This document shows positions 28,661 through 39,518 of a stretch of DNA of 64,000 bases, piece after piece. Under the pieces are notes generated by a model that saw only the letters and a list, made by a program, of their open reading frames with translations, was not told the DNA's origin and did not search any database. The position numbers were made by a program, and so were the translations under genes. Position 1 is the first letter of the stretch, and every line of letters begins with the position of its first letter. The DNA comes from Spirochaetia bacterium. GTDB taxonomy: Bacteria > Spirochaetota > Spirochaetia > DSM-2461. The stretch covers positions 736,001 through 800,000 of the forward strand of contig CAXXIA010000002.1 in assembly GCA_963666985.2 (NCBI GenBank). The letters run 5' to 3'.

Positions 28661-28787
28661 ACGCCGGACTTCCTTTAACCCATAAGGAAGAAGAATTGCC
28701 TCCCGATATGATTTCCCGCAAATCTCCGCCCGAATGCCGTATACTGTTATCGGTTTCCCTTTACGCTGCTTTAAAGAGGTGAGTTCT

Positions 28788-29615
28788 ATGACACTTACAA
28801 TCCTCGCTGAAAATACACCGCATCCGTCAAATCCGGAATTAATCTCCAACCACGGATTTTCGATGCTCATCCAAACCGACGAAGAACATATTCTCTACGA
28901 TTTCGGTCCCGGGAATGGAACTCTTACCGAGAATGCACGAACCCTGGGAGTTCGTCTCTCAGGTGTTACCACGGCCGTACTCTCTCACGGCCACTACGAC
29001 CATTCCGGCGACATGGCGGCCTTTCTTAAGCTGAACAGCATCGCCACGGTTTATCACGGACGAGGCGCGTTCTTTCCGCGGTGGAGTATTTCCAAGGGTC
29101 CGGCAAGGGATATCGGCGTTCCCATCATCCCCACCGACGAGATCGTCAACCGCCTCTGTGTCGTCGACACTCTGAAGGAAATGGAAGAACTTATTATCCT
29201 GCCTGCGGCTCCGGGACATTGGCCGCGGCCGGCGGGAAACGCGAATCTTCTCTGCGGTGACGAAGGCGCCCGGCTTCCCGATGAATTTACCGACGAACTG
29301 AGCCTCATCCTCAAAGCGGGAAACGGAATCATTCTTATCTCCGGATGTTCGCACCGCGGCATACTGAACATCGTGGATCAAACGAAGACTTATTGCCCGA
29401 AATGTCCCATCCTCGCCATTATCGGAGGCTTTCACTTAACCGATTCCGAAACGGAAGAAACCCTTCGATTAATCGCGAAAGAACTCGCGGATAAGCTTCC
29501 GGAAACTCGAATCATTACCGGGCATTGCACGGGAGCGAAAGCAAAAAAGATCCTTTCGGAGCACCTGGGCGATTCTTTGGAAATCCTGCATGTCGGAAAG
29601 GTCTTTACTTTCTGA
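28788..29615 (+). CDS. MBL-fold metallo-hydrolase
   Basis: HGFS, SHGHYDHSG, SGCSHRG, GGFH, GHCTG. Confidence 0.9.
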   Translation: MTLTILAENTPHPSNPELISNHGFSMLIQTDEEHILYDFGPGNGTLTENARTLGVRLSGVTTAVLSHGHYDHSGDMAAFLKLNSIATVYHGRGAFFPRWSISKGPARDIGVPIIPTDEIVNRLCVVDTLKEMEELIILPAAPGHWPRPAGNANLLCGDEGARLPDEFTDELSLILKAGNGIILISGCSHRGILNIVDQTKTYCPKCPILAIIGGFHLTDSETEETLRLIAKELADKLPETRIITGHCTGAKAKKILSEHLGDSLEILHVGKVFTF

Positions 29616-31632
29616 GATACTGAGCCACTTTCCGCATTAATTCGGACTCATCAACGGGCTTGGGCACGATATCCTCAAAACCGCTGTTTAAGATTTCTTC
29701 TTTTCCCAACTGATTCGAATAGGCCGTAACGGCTATAATGGGAATATCCGGATGAGAGTCTTTTATTCGCGCGGCGGCTTCAAGTCCGCCCATCAGCGGC
29801 ATATTAACATCCATAAGGATTAAATCGCATTCGTGCTTTCCGGCCAGGTCCACCGCTTCGGAACCATTGGCGGCCTCATCCACGTTATACCCATCTTGCT
29901 CCAAGATAGCCCGCAGACATAACCGGCTCACGCTTTCATCTTCCACCACGAGGATTAAAGGGCTTTTCGGCGGATTCTCAATTTCATTATTCATATCCGT
30001 CTCAACCATCTGCGCGATTGCACGCTTCAAAGGCAGCGAAACCGTAAACCGGCTTCCTTCACCTTCGGCACTTTGCAGATCAATCCGTCCTCCCATCGCT
30101 TGAACCAGTTCCTTCACAATATACAGCCCGATACCCGTACCGCCGATGCTTGTTTTTTCATTCGCCTGATGGTAGATATTGAAAATCGATTCCCGATCCT
30201 CCGGGCGGATTCCCATCCCTGTGTCGGCGACTTCAATACGCAGCATACCGTCCTCTTCGGTGGCGCTCAGATGAACAAATCCCTTATTCGTGTATTTAAC
30301 GGCGTTCGAAACAAGATTGGTCAGAATCTGATTGATTCTCTCTCTATCGCCGAGAACCAGTTTTACCCCATCGTCGATAATCGTCTTCATCTCCAGCCCC
30401 TTTTCCCGGGCCATATAGCCGCTTGTCTCGACGATATGCCGGCAGAGTTCCCGAAAATCGAACATCTCCTCCTGGATGGTGATTTTGCCTGTTTTAAGTA
30501 ACGTCAGATGCGTAATATCGTTGACAAGCCGATCAATGGTTCTGGCCGAGAACATCATAATATTGACCTGTTCCCGCTGATCCTCATTTAATTCGGATTC
30601 GCTTAAAAGGCTGGCCATCATCATCACTCCGTTCAGCGGCGAGCGGATTTCATGCCCGATATGCATCAAAAAATTGCTTCGCTCCTCCGATTCTCTTTCC
30701 GCCTTTTCCCGTGCGGCCTCCAATTCGTAAAAGAAATGGTTGAACATCAGCGCGAGATTAAACACGTCAACGACTTTTTCAACATGATCCAAATTCCGGC
30801 GGCAATATTCCTGATTCAAATTGAAGAGAACAAGCTGACTTGGAGAACTGTCAATATCATTTTCTTGAGGGCTCCAAGTCGGTACTCGAAGGATTCCGGT
30901 GACTTCCGCGGTACCGGAATCTTTCAGGGGTATGGAAATCCGCTCATTCAGATAGAACGCGCCTTCTATGCGTCCGTTCCGGCGCTTTTTCATAAGCTTT
31001 TCATCTTCCAAAAACCGCTGAAAGTAATCGGGAAGAGAACAGTCCTTATACTTCGGATCGGATTTAATTTCATAAATAAGTTTTTTCCCGGGGCTGTTGA
31101 TTTCCATAAATCCGCAGGTACTCTTCGATAAAGAAAGAACGGATTTCAGCATGGCCGGAACAATTTCGTCCAGAGACATGGACGAGATAAGAATTTTTCT
31201 TATAACCAGTTCCATAACGGCATCCAGTTCCTGGAATTCAAGAAATCTCTGTTCGAACGGCTGGTAATGAGTTATGGAATTCATATAAATGAATGTCGCC
31301 GGCGCATTATCCCAATCCATTCGGCCGTAGCGTCCCCGAAAGTGAACGAGAGAGCCGTCGCCGCGCACCATTCCGACATTCAGCATCGGAAGAACATATT
31401 CGCCCCGTTCAAAATGATGCAATGCGGTTATAAACGCCTGGGTGCGGGAATCGTCGAAAAGCAGATCGGTAATATTCAAACCCGCCAGTTCCTGCCGGGA
31501 CCGGCCGATCAGAGAGGCAAACCGTTCATTCGCGAACACAATGCGATCATCGCGAATAATGATGAGATTGCTCTCAATGGCTTCGGCTATTTCCCGCAGG
31601 TAATAATTGCTTCCCTGTTTGTTCTCATTCAT
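29605..31632 (-). CDS. Hybrid sensor histidine kinase (PAS, HisKA, HATPase, receiver)
   Basis: HEIRSPLN, NLVSNAVKYT, DTGMG, GTGIGL, LMDVNMP; no obvious TM segment. Confidence 0.93.
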   Translation of the reverse strand: MNENKQGSNYYLREIAEAIESNLIIIRDDRIVFANERFASLIGRSRQELAGLNITDLLFDDSRTQAFITALHHFERGEYVLPMLNVGMVRGDGSLVHFRGRYGRMDWDNAPATFIYMNSITHYQPFEQRFLEFQELDAVMELVIRKILISSMSLDEIVPAMLKSVLSLSKSTCGFMEINSPGKKLIYEIKSDPKYKDCSLPDYFQRFLEDEKLMKKRRNGRIEGAFYLNERISIPLKDSGTAEVTGILRVPTWSPQENDIDSSPSQLVLFNLNQEYCRRNLDHVEKVVDVFNLALMFNHFFYELEAAREKAERESEERSNFLMHIGHEIRSPLNGVMMMASLLSESELNEDQREQVNIMMFSARTIDRLVNDITHLTLLKTGKITIQEEMFDFRELCRHIVETSGYMAREKGLEMKTIIDDGVKLVLGDRERINQILTNLVSNAVKYTNKGFVHLSATEEDGMLRIEVADTGMGIRPEDRESIFNIYHQANEKTSIGGTGIGLYIVKELVQAMGGRIDLQSAEGEGSRFTVSLPLKRAIAQMVETDMNNEIENPPKSPLILVVEDESVSRLCLRAILEQDGYNVDEAANGSEAVDLAGKHECDLILMDVNMPLMGGLEAAARIKDSHPDIPIIAVTAYSNQLGKEEILNSGFEDIVPKPVDESELMRKVAQYLRK

Positions 31633-31767
31633 ACGCGGCTCTCCGTGCATTCTACACTATACGTTTACTCTTGCCGCATCACATATAAAATCTTCTCGGT
31701 ATTCTTGCGCATCAGGTAAATTTTAAAGGATCTTGACCCTCCCTTGGCCATGTCCTAGGCTCATTCT

Positions 31768-33090
31768 ATGAACACTCCGGACATTCGTGAGCAAGTCGAT
31801 CTTATCCGAGAAGTTTTCGCTTATACCGAACAGTTTCGGGGATCCACCTTCGTTATAAAAATCACCAACGATATCATCGACCATCCCGATTTCCCGCAGC
31901 ATGCCCGGGATTTCGCTCTGCTCCACAAAGCCGGAATCCGCATCGTCATCGTACCCGGGGCCCGCCTGCGCATCGACGAAGTTCTGGATCGCTTCGACGT
32001 GGAACGGCGTTTTATCGACAACATCAGAGTCAGCACCCCGGAATCCATCGACCTGATAAAAATGGCGGCCTTCGATGTGGCGCATCGGGTTATGACCGCC
32101 CTGTCGGGTCATAAAATCACCGCCGTCATCGGCAATTGGGTTCGGGCGCGGTCGCGGGGCGTGGTTAACGGAATCGATTACGGCCGCACCGGACTGGTCG
32201 ATAGAATCCGCGTGGAAGCCGTATCGCGCTCTCTGGAGCAGGGCTATGTGCCCATTTTTCCCTGTATCGGCCATAACGAATCCGGAGATCCGTTCAACCT
32301 CTCATCCGACGAATTGGCAATCACCGTCGCAGGAACCCTCAACGCAAAAAAACTCTTCCTTCTCACCCCGGATCCGGTGATGTCCACACCGGAATGGCGA
32401 ATACCCGAAGGCGCGGATGTTCTGGAAGACGGCCGAATCTTTAGAATGACTCCCGCCGCCGTGGCGGACATCATGGCCCTCAATCCCGATAAAAACGACC
32501 TTACCTCTCTGGAAACCGCGGCCGCGGCATGCCGTTCGGGCGTCGATCGATGCCACATCCTCGACGGACGCAAGGGCGGCGTTCTGCTCAAGGAAATTTT
32601 CTCCAACCTCGGTGTCGGCACGATGGTCTTTTCCGATGCCTATGAACGGCTCAGACCCATGGAGAGTTCGGACGTTCCGGGGGTTCTGGAAATCATGCGT
32701 CCCCTCATCGCCGAAGGTATTCTGATTAACCGAACGGGAGAGGAATTGGACCGAAGAAGAGAAGATTACTGGGTTTATGCCATGGACGGCGTGGTCCACG
32801 GATGCGCGGCCCTTCATCCCCTGGGAGATTCCGCGGCGGAGATAGCCGGCGTGGCCGTCGATGCGCGCTACCTCCAGTTGGGAATCGGAGGGAAACTCAT
32901 CGAGAAGCTTTCGAGCAAAGCCATGGAAGACGGAATACGGAAACTGTTCGTCCTCACAACCAGAACAGCCGATTGGTTTCTGGCCATGGGATTCCGCGAA
33001 GGCACGGTGGCCGAACTCCCGCCTCAAAAACGATCGGATTATAACGAGGCGAGAAACTCCAAGGTTCTAGTGAAAGATTTAACAGGCTGA
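31768..33090 (+). CDS. argA: Amino-acid N-acetyltransferase (N-acetylglutamate synthase)
   Basis: AAK-like domain plus GNAT domain; LLKEIFSNLGVGTM, VLTTRTADWF, RNSKV. Confidence 0.88.
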   Translation: MNTPDIREQVDLIREVFAYTEQFRGSTFVIKITNDIIDHPDFPQHARDFALLHKAGIRIVIVPGARLRIDEVLDRFDVERRFIDNIRVSTPESIDLIKMAAFDVAHRVMTALSGHKITAVIGNWVRARSRGVVNGIDYGRTGLVDRIRVEAVSRSLEQGYVPIFPCIGHNESGDPFNLSSDELAITVAGTLNAKKLFLLTPDPVMSTPEWRIPEGADVLEDGRIFRMTPAAVADIMALNPDKNDLTSLETAAAACRSGVDRCHILDGRKGGVLLKEIFSNLGVGTMVFSDAYERLRPMESSDVPGVLEIMRPLIAEGILINRTGEELDRRREDYWVYAMDGVVHGCAALHPLGDSAAEIAGVAVDARYLQLGIGGKLIEKLSSKAMEDGIRKLFVLTTRTADWFLAMGFREGTVAELPPQKRSDYNEARNSKVLVKDLTG

Positions 33091-33186
33091 TTCCGTAAAA
33101 AACATTCCACCGCAACGAACAAATGAATATTATTCTTCAGTCCTTTCTTGTGAAATCCATCCGGCCGACTTACGCTTAATAGAACA

Positions 33187-34431
33187 ATGGAAGATACCAT
33201 ACTGATCGTCGACGACAGCCGAATGTATGGAAAGCACCTGAAACGAACCATAGAGGAAAACCTGGGATACAGGGCGCAGTGGTTTGAATCCTTCCGGGAA
33301 ACCGAACGGTATTTTAATGATGGTGGACATCCGGCGATTGCGCTGCTCGACTACACACTTCCCGACGCCATGGACGGTGAAATCATCGACCTCTGCCTCC
33401 GGTTCAACATTCCTTCGGTCGTTATCACATCCCGCTTTTCCGCGGACCATCAGGAATATCTCTGGTCGAAACAAATCGTCGACTATGTTATCAAAGAAGG
33501 TTCTCATACGGTCGGCTACCTTCTCAATCTCATCACCCGTTTTTTTAAAAATCCGGAAACCGGCATATTGATCGTCGACGATTCGAAAATGGCCCGCAAT
33601 CATCTGATCAATCTGCTTCATCCCTACCGTTTCCAGTTATTTGAGGCTGCCGAGGCTGAAGAAGCTCTGCAGATTCTGGAAACTCAAAAAGACATCAAAC
33701 TCGTTCTTGCCGACTATGCCATGCCGAAATGCGACGGTTTCGAACTGACGAAAAAAATCAGACAGCAATGGCCTGTGGAAAAACTCGCGGTTATCGGTTT
33801 ATCGGCCAAAGGGAGTCATCAGCTTGCCGTCAAATTCATTAAATACGGAGCCAATGATTTCCTCAGCAAGCCTTTTTTAAGTGAAATGCTCATGTGCCGA
33901 ATCAACCAAAACCTCACCCTGCTGGAACACTTCGACTCTCTCCATGAACTCTCAAACATCGATTATCTGACAGGCATTTACAACAGACGGTATCTCTTTG
34001 AACTCGGCGAGGTTATTTTCGCGCAGGCGCAGCGAACCGGTGACTATCCGGTCATCGCCATGATCGATATCGACCATTTCAAGCTTGTTAATGACAATTA
34101 CGGCCACATCATCGGCGACCGGGTTCTGGAACGGCTGGCGAAAACTCTCAAATTGAACATTCGGAAAGGCGACATCCTCGCCCGGTACGGAGGCGAAGAG
34201 TTCTGCCTTATATGCCTTAACATGGACGCTTCTCAAGTGGAAAAAATCTTTGAGAAATGGCGGCAAACCATCGCAGAACTCGGATTTCAAGCCGACGGAA
34301 AACTTTTCTCCGTTACCGTGAGCATAGGCATTTGTATGGAAAAGCGGGAATCCTTTCTTTCTATGGTGGAAATCGGCGATGAAAATCTCTACAAAGCCAA
34401 GGAAGCGGGCCGAAACTGCATCCGGTTCTAA
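33187..34431 (+). CDS. Diguanylate cyclase response regulator (REC-REC-GGDEF)
   Basis: Two receiver domains, DIDHFK, RKGD I-site, GGEEF. Confidence 0.93.
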   Translation: MEDTILIVDDSRMYGKHLKRTIEENLGYRAQWFESFRETERYFNDGGHPAIALLDYTLPDAMDGEIIDLCLRFNIPSVVITSRFSADHQEYLWSKQIVDYVIKEGSHTVGYLLNLITRFFKNPETGILIVDDSKMARNHLINLLHPYRFQLFEAAEAEEALQILETQKDIKLVLADYAMPKCDGFELTKKIRQQWPVEKLAVIGLSAKGSHQLAVKFIKYGANDFLSKPFLSEMLMCRINQNLTLLEHFDSLHELSNIDYLTGIYNRRYLFELGEVIFAQAQRTGDYPVIAMIDIDHFKLVNDNYGHIIGDRVLERLAKTLKLNIRKGDILARYGGEEFCLICLNMDASQVEKIFEKWRQTIAELGFQADGKLFSVTVSIGICMEKRESFLSMVEIGDENLYKAKEAGRNCIRF

Positions 34432-34565
34432 TCCCGGATTTCTCCGCTAAAAAAAATAATGAAAAAACTTTAAATTATGACTATTCGTAGAATTAAATAA
34501 CTATTGACACGTATTAACGATAAGAATTATACCTCGGTTGATTTCAACTTCAAGAGGTACCAATA

Positions 34566-35177
34566 ATGAAAAGAATTCTTATTCTCACGGTCGTCCTTAT
34601 CGCGGCGGCATCATCGCTGTCTGCTCTGGATTTCGTCGTCGGCCCGAAAATCGGCATCGCGGACTACAACTTTCACGGTGATTACGTTCCTTACGACAAC
34701 ATGATTTCGTTATCCCCGGAAGTCGGCGCGTTCGTTAATCTCCAGCTCACCTCCATGATCGGTCTGCAGATCGAAGCGATGTATACTTATCAAACCGTTC
34801 GTCTTGATTCCGGAAGCGGGGACTGGGGTCAATACATCATGAACGCCCTGAGTTTGCCGGTTTACGCCCGCTTCGATTTCGATCTGGCAGGCTTTGGAAT
34901 CTATGCCCTGGCGGGCGCTCAGTTCGATCTTCTTTTCGGAGATGCGAAAGGAAAGGATAGTGACGGCTCGACGGAAAATTATGGCAGCGTAAGCGATGTT
35001 TACGATAATGTCTTATTCATCAATGTTGCCGCCGGAGCGGGCGTGAGTCTGCCTTTCGGGCCGGGCGTTTTGGATGTCGGAGCCGGGATTAAATACGGCT
35101 TGACTCAATACCGAGATGGTTATGACTGGAAAGCCTGGGACATCGATATCCAGGCCGCCTACGGATTCTCCATCTAA
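34566..35177 (+). CDS. Outer-membrane beta-barrel (porin-family) protein
   Basis: Signal peptide, alternating amphipathic strands, C-terminal AYGFSI. Confidence 0.75.
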   Translation: MKRILILTVVLIAAASSLSALDFVVGPKIGIADYNFHGDYVPYDNMISLSPEVGAFVNLQLTSMIGLQIEAMYTYQTVRLDSGSGDWGQYIMNALSLPVYARFDFDLAGFGIYALAGAQFDLLFGDAKGKDSDGSTENYGSVSDVYDNVLFINVAAGAGVSLPFGPGVLDVGAGIKYGLTQYRDGYDWKAWDIDIQAAYGFSI

Positions 35178-35201
35178 TAAATAGTTCACGAGATATCATC
35201 G

Positions 35202-35227
35202 GAGCCGCCTTTCGAGGCGGCTTTTTT
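35202..35227 (+). terminator. Rho-independent terminator
   Basis: AGCCGCCT-TTCG-AGGCGGCT followed by a T run. Confidence 0.9.
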
Positions 35228-35289
35228 CATCGGGAAAGACTCAATTCGTCATTTCGGGATTCAGGCTCTTGTTGTCCGGAGCATGAACT

Positions 35290-36339
35290 TTACGGCTTTC
35301 GGGATTCGAAAAGTCCGTCGATGGCCTCTTTGGCTTCGATAAATCGGTTGTTGTAATCACCGCTGATGCTGACGAATTCGATGCCGTACCCGGCGAGCAT
35401 CTCTTTGAGGTACTTGTTGTTCTTCTCCCTCACTTCAGGGTCGCCCGCGAAGCGCACTCCATCGTCGATCCACTCCAAATCCGGTTCCAGATAAAGCCAG
35501 AGGTCGAACTCCTGCCGGGCGATAATCTCGTCGATTAAGGCGCTCCGTTCACCGAAATACATCTCCAGGTAATACTGAGTTACGACGGCCTCGCTGTCGA
35601 CAAGCAGGACGCGGTTGCAGGAGAGGGCTTTTTTCTCGGTCAGCAGGAAATGTTCCATGGCGAGTTCGTCAAAATGCTTCACCGTCAGCTGATCGCTGTA
35701 CCGAAGCGTGTAATCCCGTCCCACTTCATGAACATACGCGGTGTTGTAGAACTTGCCGAGCTTCTCGGCCAGAGTCGTTTTCCCGGTACTTTCGGTTCCC
35801 ACGAACGCGATGCGCTTTACGAAAAAACTCTGCACGGTATGGGGAAGCAAACTCCAGTAATCGTAGAGATTCCGTCTGATTTCTCCGGCGGAGCGGGCCG
35901 TTACGGTGGTTCTGCGGGCGTCAATCACAACATGCTCCGCTTCGGGATAATACTTATCGAAGAGCTCATCATACTCATGTTCCGAACTGAAAACATGGGT
36001 GATGGTTTTGCCGATGGCTTCCTTAACCGCCCGAGTACCGGCGTCCCAATGATCCGATTCCCCCCAAGTATCGTCCCGGATATGAAGAATGTGAATATTC
36101 TCCAGCTTGCTGATAGCCTCTCCGATCCAGCTCAGGCGAACTTCGGCCGGCATCGGTTTAATTCCGTCTGCCGCGCACACATCCCGATCTTTCTTCTCGC
36201 TGGAACTGAGTACCACATAAAGATTCTCCACATGATTGCTGGCCTCGATAATGGCGAAGATATGCCCCCGATGAAAAGGCAGAAAGCGTCCGCCGATAAA
36301 TCCGACGGTTCCCTTAATATGTTCCAGCGACTGTATCAT
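35290..36339 (-). CDS. nadR: NadR-like NMN adenylyltransferase / ribosylnicotinamide kinase lacking the HTH
   Basis: FLPFHRGH (HxGH), GTESTGKTT Walker A, EVGR, WIDDGVR. Confidence 0.85.
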   Translation of the reverse strand: MIQSLEHIKGTVGFIGGRFLPFHRGHIFAIIEASNHVENLYVVLSSSEKKDRDVCAADGIKPMPAEVRLSWIGEAISKLENIHILHIRDDTWGESDHWDAGTRAVKEAIGKTITHVFSSEHEYDELFDKYYPEAEHVVIDARRTTVTARSAGEIRRNLYDYWSLLPHTVQSFFVKRIAFVGTESTGKTTLAEKLGKFYNTAYVHEVGRDYTLRYSDQLTVKHFDELAMEHFLLTEKKALSCNRVLLVDSEAVVTQYYLEMYFGERSALIDEIIARQEFDLWLYLEPDLEWIDDGVRFAGDPEVREKNNKYLKEMLAGYGIEFVSISGDYNNRFIEAKEAIDGLFESRKP

Positions 36340-36478
36340 CCTCAGCTCCCAACCGGTAATAAGAACACAATACTAACCGAAAACCGCGCAGACTTATATC
36401 ATTCAACACGGCAAGAAATCGGAAGATCGGCCGGAAGAAGACTTGATACATGAACGTCAAAGCACGACTATTAACGGT

Positions 36479-37063
36479 ATGAAAAAAACGGTTCTCTTGT
36501 TCTTCCTGATTTTCTCCGCAATGCACGTTTTCGCCCTCTCCGATCGGCCGGTAACCTACGGGATTCATGTTATTGTCGGCGGACGCTACGATAATGTCCG
36601 AATGTGCGTCGCTTCCCCGGCCGGCGTGAAAGGCGGCCCGATTATGGACGTGTATTTCGATGTCCGCTTTCCTCTCGGAGAGGAGGGAACACTGGCCCTG
36701 AATATCCCCGTGATGCGCCCCATCCTTTTCGGGGCCTCCTTCGGCATGCTCCAGTTCGAACCCCAAGTTACCTATGAACACCGCTTCGGATCTCCGGGCG
36801 GTCCCAGGCCGGTACTGGGCGCGGGATTGGGCGTGGTGTTTCATTACGGCCCCGATTACCTCTCTTCAAAAACCAACAGAGGTGAAGATTTCTTCGCCGT
36901 CGGTCCCTTAATCAGCGGATCGTTCGGCATGGAATTCGAAGGGAAAAAAGGATACTGGACACCGGGGGTGAAAGTATTCTACTCACCGCTTTTTTCGCCC
37001 GACTACGACTCGGGACTGGTTCTCGGCGGAGCGGCCGAACTGCATTACTCGTTCAAACGCTGA
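36479..37063 (+). CDS. Exported hypothetical protein, probable beta-barrel
   Basis: Signal peptide, beta-strand pattern, aromatic C-terminus. Confidence 0.6.
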   Translation: MKKTVLLFFLIFSAMHVFALSDRPVTYGIHVIVGGRYDNVRMCVASPAGVKGGPIMDVYFDVRFPLGEEGTLALNIPVMRPILFGASFGMLQFEPQVTYEHRFGSPGGPRPVLGAGLGVVFHYGPDYLSSKTNRGEDFFAVGPLISGSFGMEFEGKKGYWTPGVKVFYSPLFSPDYDSGLVLGGAAELHYSFKR

Positions 37064-37122
37064 AAAGGTATGCATTCACCCCGCCGCCCATGATAGTTTT
37101 TCCATAAAAGGAGAAACCGATC

Positions 37123-38706
37123 ATGCCCGAAGAGAGGCTCGCGAAAACAGGAATCAAAACGAATTACACGGAAAAATCTTCTTACGATCTGGTCATTATC
37201 GGAGCCGGTGTCGCCGGACTCACGACCGGTCTTCTCTGGCTGAAAAACCGCCCGGAAGATTCGGTCCTCATCGTGGAAAAGGAACCGTATCCCGGCGGAT
37301 ACGTTACCGCGTATAAACGGGGCGGATTCGTCTTCGAAACGACACAGCTTTTTCCCGACGTCATCGATATCGTGGACTTTCTCGGGGTGGAAATCCCTCT
37401 AAAGCGTTATGAAGGGAATTTCATGCGGCGACTGGTTGTAGACGGTGATGATGTTAAGGAATACCACCTTCCTACCGGCGCCGAGAACTTAAAGAACCAC
37501 CTCTGCGGTCTTTTTCCCGAAGATGCGGGCAAGATCGGCAAACTCATGGATTATTCGGTAAACCTCTTCGCTCAGGTTCGAAAACTCAAAGCCATCTCCA
37601 CCGCCAAAGACAAATTGCTTACCCCCTTCGCGGCGCCGAAGGTTGTCGCGAATCTCAACACAACCCAAGCACAGCTTCTGGACCGATTCGGAATTACCAA
37701 CCCGAATCTTCGCGAAATCATGGAAACCTTTACGTCCTTCGCCGGTGTGTCTCCGGGTTATGCCTCATCCATTCTTACAACAGGCGCGATGCTCTCCTCC
37801 GTCAGCCGCTGCTATCGCCCCTATGGATATTTCGATGGATTCCCGGCGGCCATGGCCGAGCTTTTTCAGAAGAGAGGCGGTGAAATCCGCCTGAAAGCTC
37901 CCGTCGAAGCCATTCAAATCTCCGGCGGAAAAGCCGAAGGCATCCGAGTGGCAGGAGATTCCTTACCGATAAAGGCTGAACGCGTTGTTTCCACCGTGGA
38001 TCCCAATGTCCTTATCCACAACATGGTGGGAGATGAAAGGGTTCCCTCGTCCTACCTGGACAAATTGAACAATACCGTCATGTCGCCGTCCTCGCTGAAT
38101 ATCGCCCTGGGCCTTGACGACGGTATTGATATGTCCTCCATGGACCTGGATTATCCGTATAATCTCATTTCCACGGGGCTCGGTACCGCGGATAAGCTCT
38201 TCAACGCATTCCTGGAAAACCGCAATGCCTTCAGTGAAGAGTGCTTCCACATGGCCGTTATCTGTCCTTCACTGACTACGGGAGGAAAGACCACCGTAAC
38301 CCTCCGGGTTGTTCCCGTGGCTCCCGGGGACTGGCTCTCCTGGAAGCAAAACGATCCGGCACGGTATGCGGAAGAGAAGGAAAAATGGGGAGGATTCTTT
38401 GTCGGCCTGGCGGAGAAATATCTGATTCCGGGTTTAAGTTCGCATATCGAAGTGATGGACGTGGCCACACCGGCGACCTATGCCCGATACTCGGGCTCTC
38501 CGACAGGAAGCCTCTACGATATGGCTTCGCTGGTCACCCAATTCGGCCCCAAACGGCTGGGATTGAAAACACCGATTGAAAACCTCGTTCAACCGAAATT
38601 CTCTCACGGAATCTACGGCTCCATGATGGGCGCCGTTCAAGTGGTGGATCTGATGCTGGATCGAACTTTCAACGAAGGGAAATCGCTGTTCGCGCCGGGG
38701 AAATAA
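37123..38706 (+). CDS. Phytoene-desaturase-family FAD-dependent oxidoreductase
   Basis: GAGVAG, EK..PGG, ATPATYARY..GSLY, TPIENL. Confidence 0.85.
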   Translation: MPEERLAKTGIKTNYTEKSSYDLVIIGAGVAGLTTGLLWLKNRPEDSVLIVEKEPYPGGYVTAYKRGGFVFETTQLFPDVIDIVDFLGVEIPLKRYEGNFMRRLVVDGDDVKEYHLPTGAENLKNHLCGLFPEDAGKIGKLMDYSVNLFAQVRKLKAISTAKDKLLTPFAAPKVVANLNTTQAQLLDRFGITNPNLREIMETFTSFAGVSPGYASSILTTGAMLSSVSRCYRPYGYFDGFPAAMAELFQKRGGEIRLKAPVEAIQISGGKAEGIRVAGDSLPIKAERVVSTVDPNVLIHNMVGDERVPSSYLDKLNNTVMSPSSLNIALGLDDGIDMSSMDLDYPYNLISTGLGTADKLFNAFLENRNAFSEECFHMAVICPSLTTGGKTTVTLRVVPVAPGDWLSWKQNDPARYAEEKEKWGGFFVGLAEKYLIPGLSSHIEVMDVATPATYARYSGSPTGSLYDMASLVTQFGPKRLGLKTPIENLVQPKFSHGIYGSMMGAVQVVDLMLDRTFNEGKSLFAPGK

Positions 38707-38757
38707 TCGTTGCCGAATCCGCGGCTTTGGTAAAAACGGCCTCGATACCCGAGGCCG

Positions 38758-39381
38758 TTACGAAGGGGTATCGGCACTCCCGCCGGAGTCTTCCGGATTC
38801 TTTTCCGAAAAACGCCGCGAACGCCGGTCGCGGAAAATGGAGAAACCGGCCCAAAGCAGAATCGCGCCGCCGACAATCCCCAAAAAAATCTCCAAAGGCA
38901 GCTGCAGGGCCGCGGTAACCGAAGCGACTTCAACGGCCAGCGCCGGGATTTTCCCCAGAGTGCTGGCCGCCGCGAAATTCCGCATCCGCATTCGGCCGGC
39001 CGCCGCGCCGAGGGTAACGGCGCCGGAGGGTACATACGGAAGAAGCCGAAACGCCAAAACCAGAGCGAAGGCTCTTCCTTCGGGCGCCCCGGCAAGACGC
39101 CGCATTCTCTTTTCCAAACCTTTTGAAAAACGGCCGCGGCCTCCCGCAACCCGATTCAATCCTTTACGGTAGAGAGTAAAAGCAACCACGGCTCCCAGGG
39201 ATTCACCGGCAATGGACAGAGCTCCGCCCCACCAGAGACCGAATACCGCAATATTGGCCGCTGTAATAAAAAAGCTCGGTAAAAAACCCAGAACGGCTAT
39301 CACGATTTCCACCAATAAGCTCAGCGGTATCGCGACGGCATGATGAGAAGTCAGCAGTCCGGTGAGCCAAATCTCGTCCAT
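38758..39381 (-). CDS. TVP38/TMEM64 (VTT/DedA superfamily) membrane protein
   Basis: LPSFFIT, GESLGA, RLLPYVP, LGKIP. Confidence 0.85.
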   Translation of the reverse strand: MDEIWLTGLLTSHHAVAIPLSLLVEIVIAVLGFLPSFFITAANIAVFGLWWGGALSIAGESLGAVVAFTLYRKGLNRVAGGRGRFSKGLEKRMRRLAGAPEGRAFALVLAFRLLPYVPSGAVTLGAAAGRMRMRNFAAASTLGKIPALAVEVASVTAALQLPLEIFLGIVGGAILLWAGFSIFRDRRSRRFSEKNPEDSGGSADTPS

Positions 39382-39518
39382 GAGATAATTGTACTCCTTT
39401 TGCGGTATCAAAAGCGTGTATTCTCGGGCTTGTGGCGGACCGACAGGATTCTCCCTATTCTTCCATATATCTTCGATTCAATGTTAGACTTCGTATACTT
39501 TTTAAAAGGATCGAAACC

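Noticed and set aside
29605..29615. 11-bp convergent overlap of the MBL hydrolase and histidine kinase genes
   Set aside because: Short 3' overlaps are common and carry no further signal here
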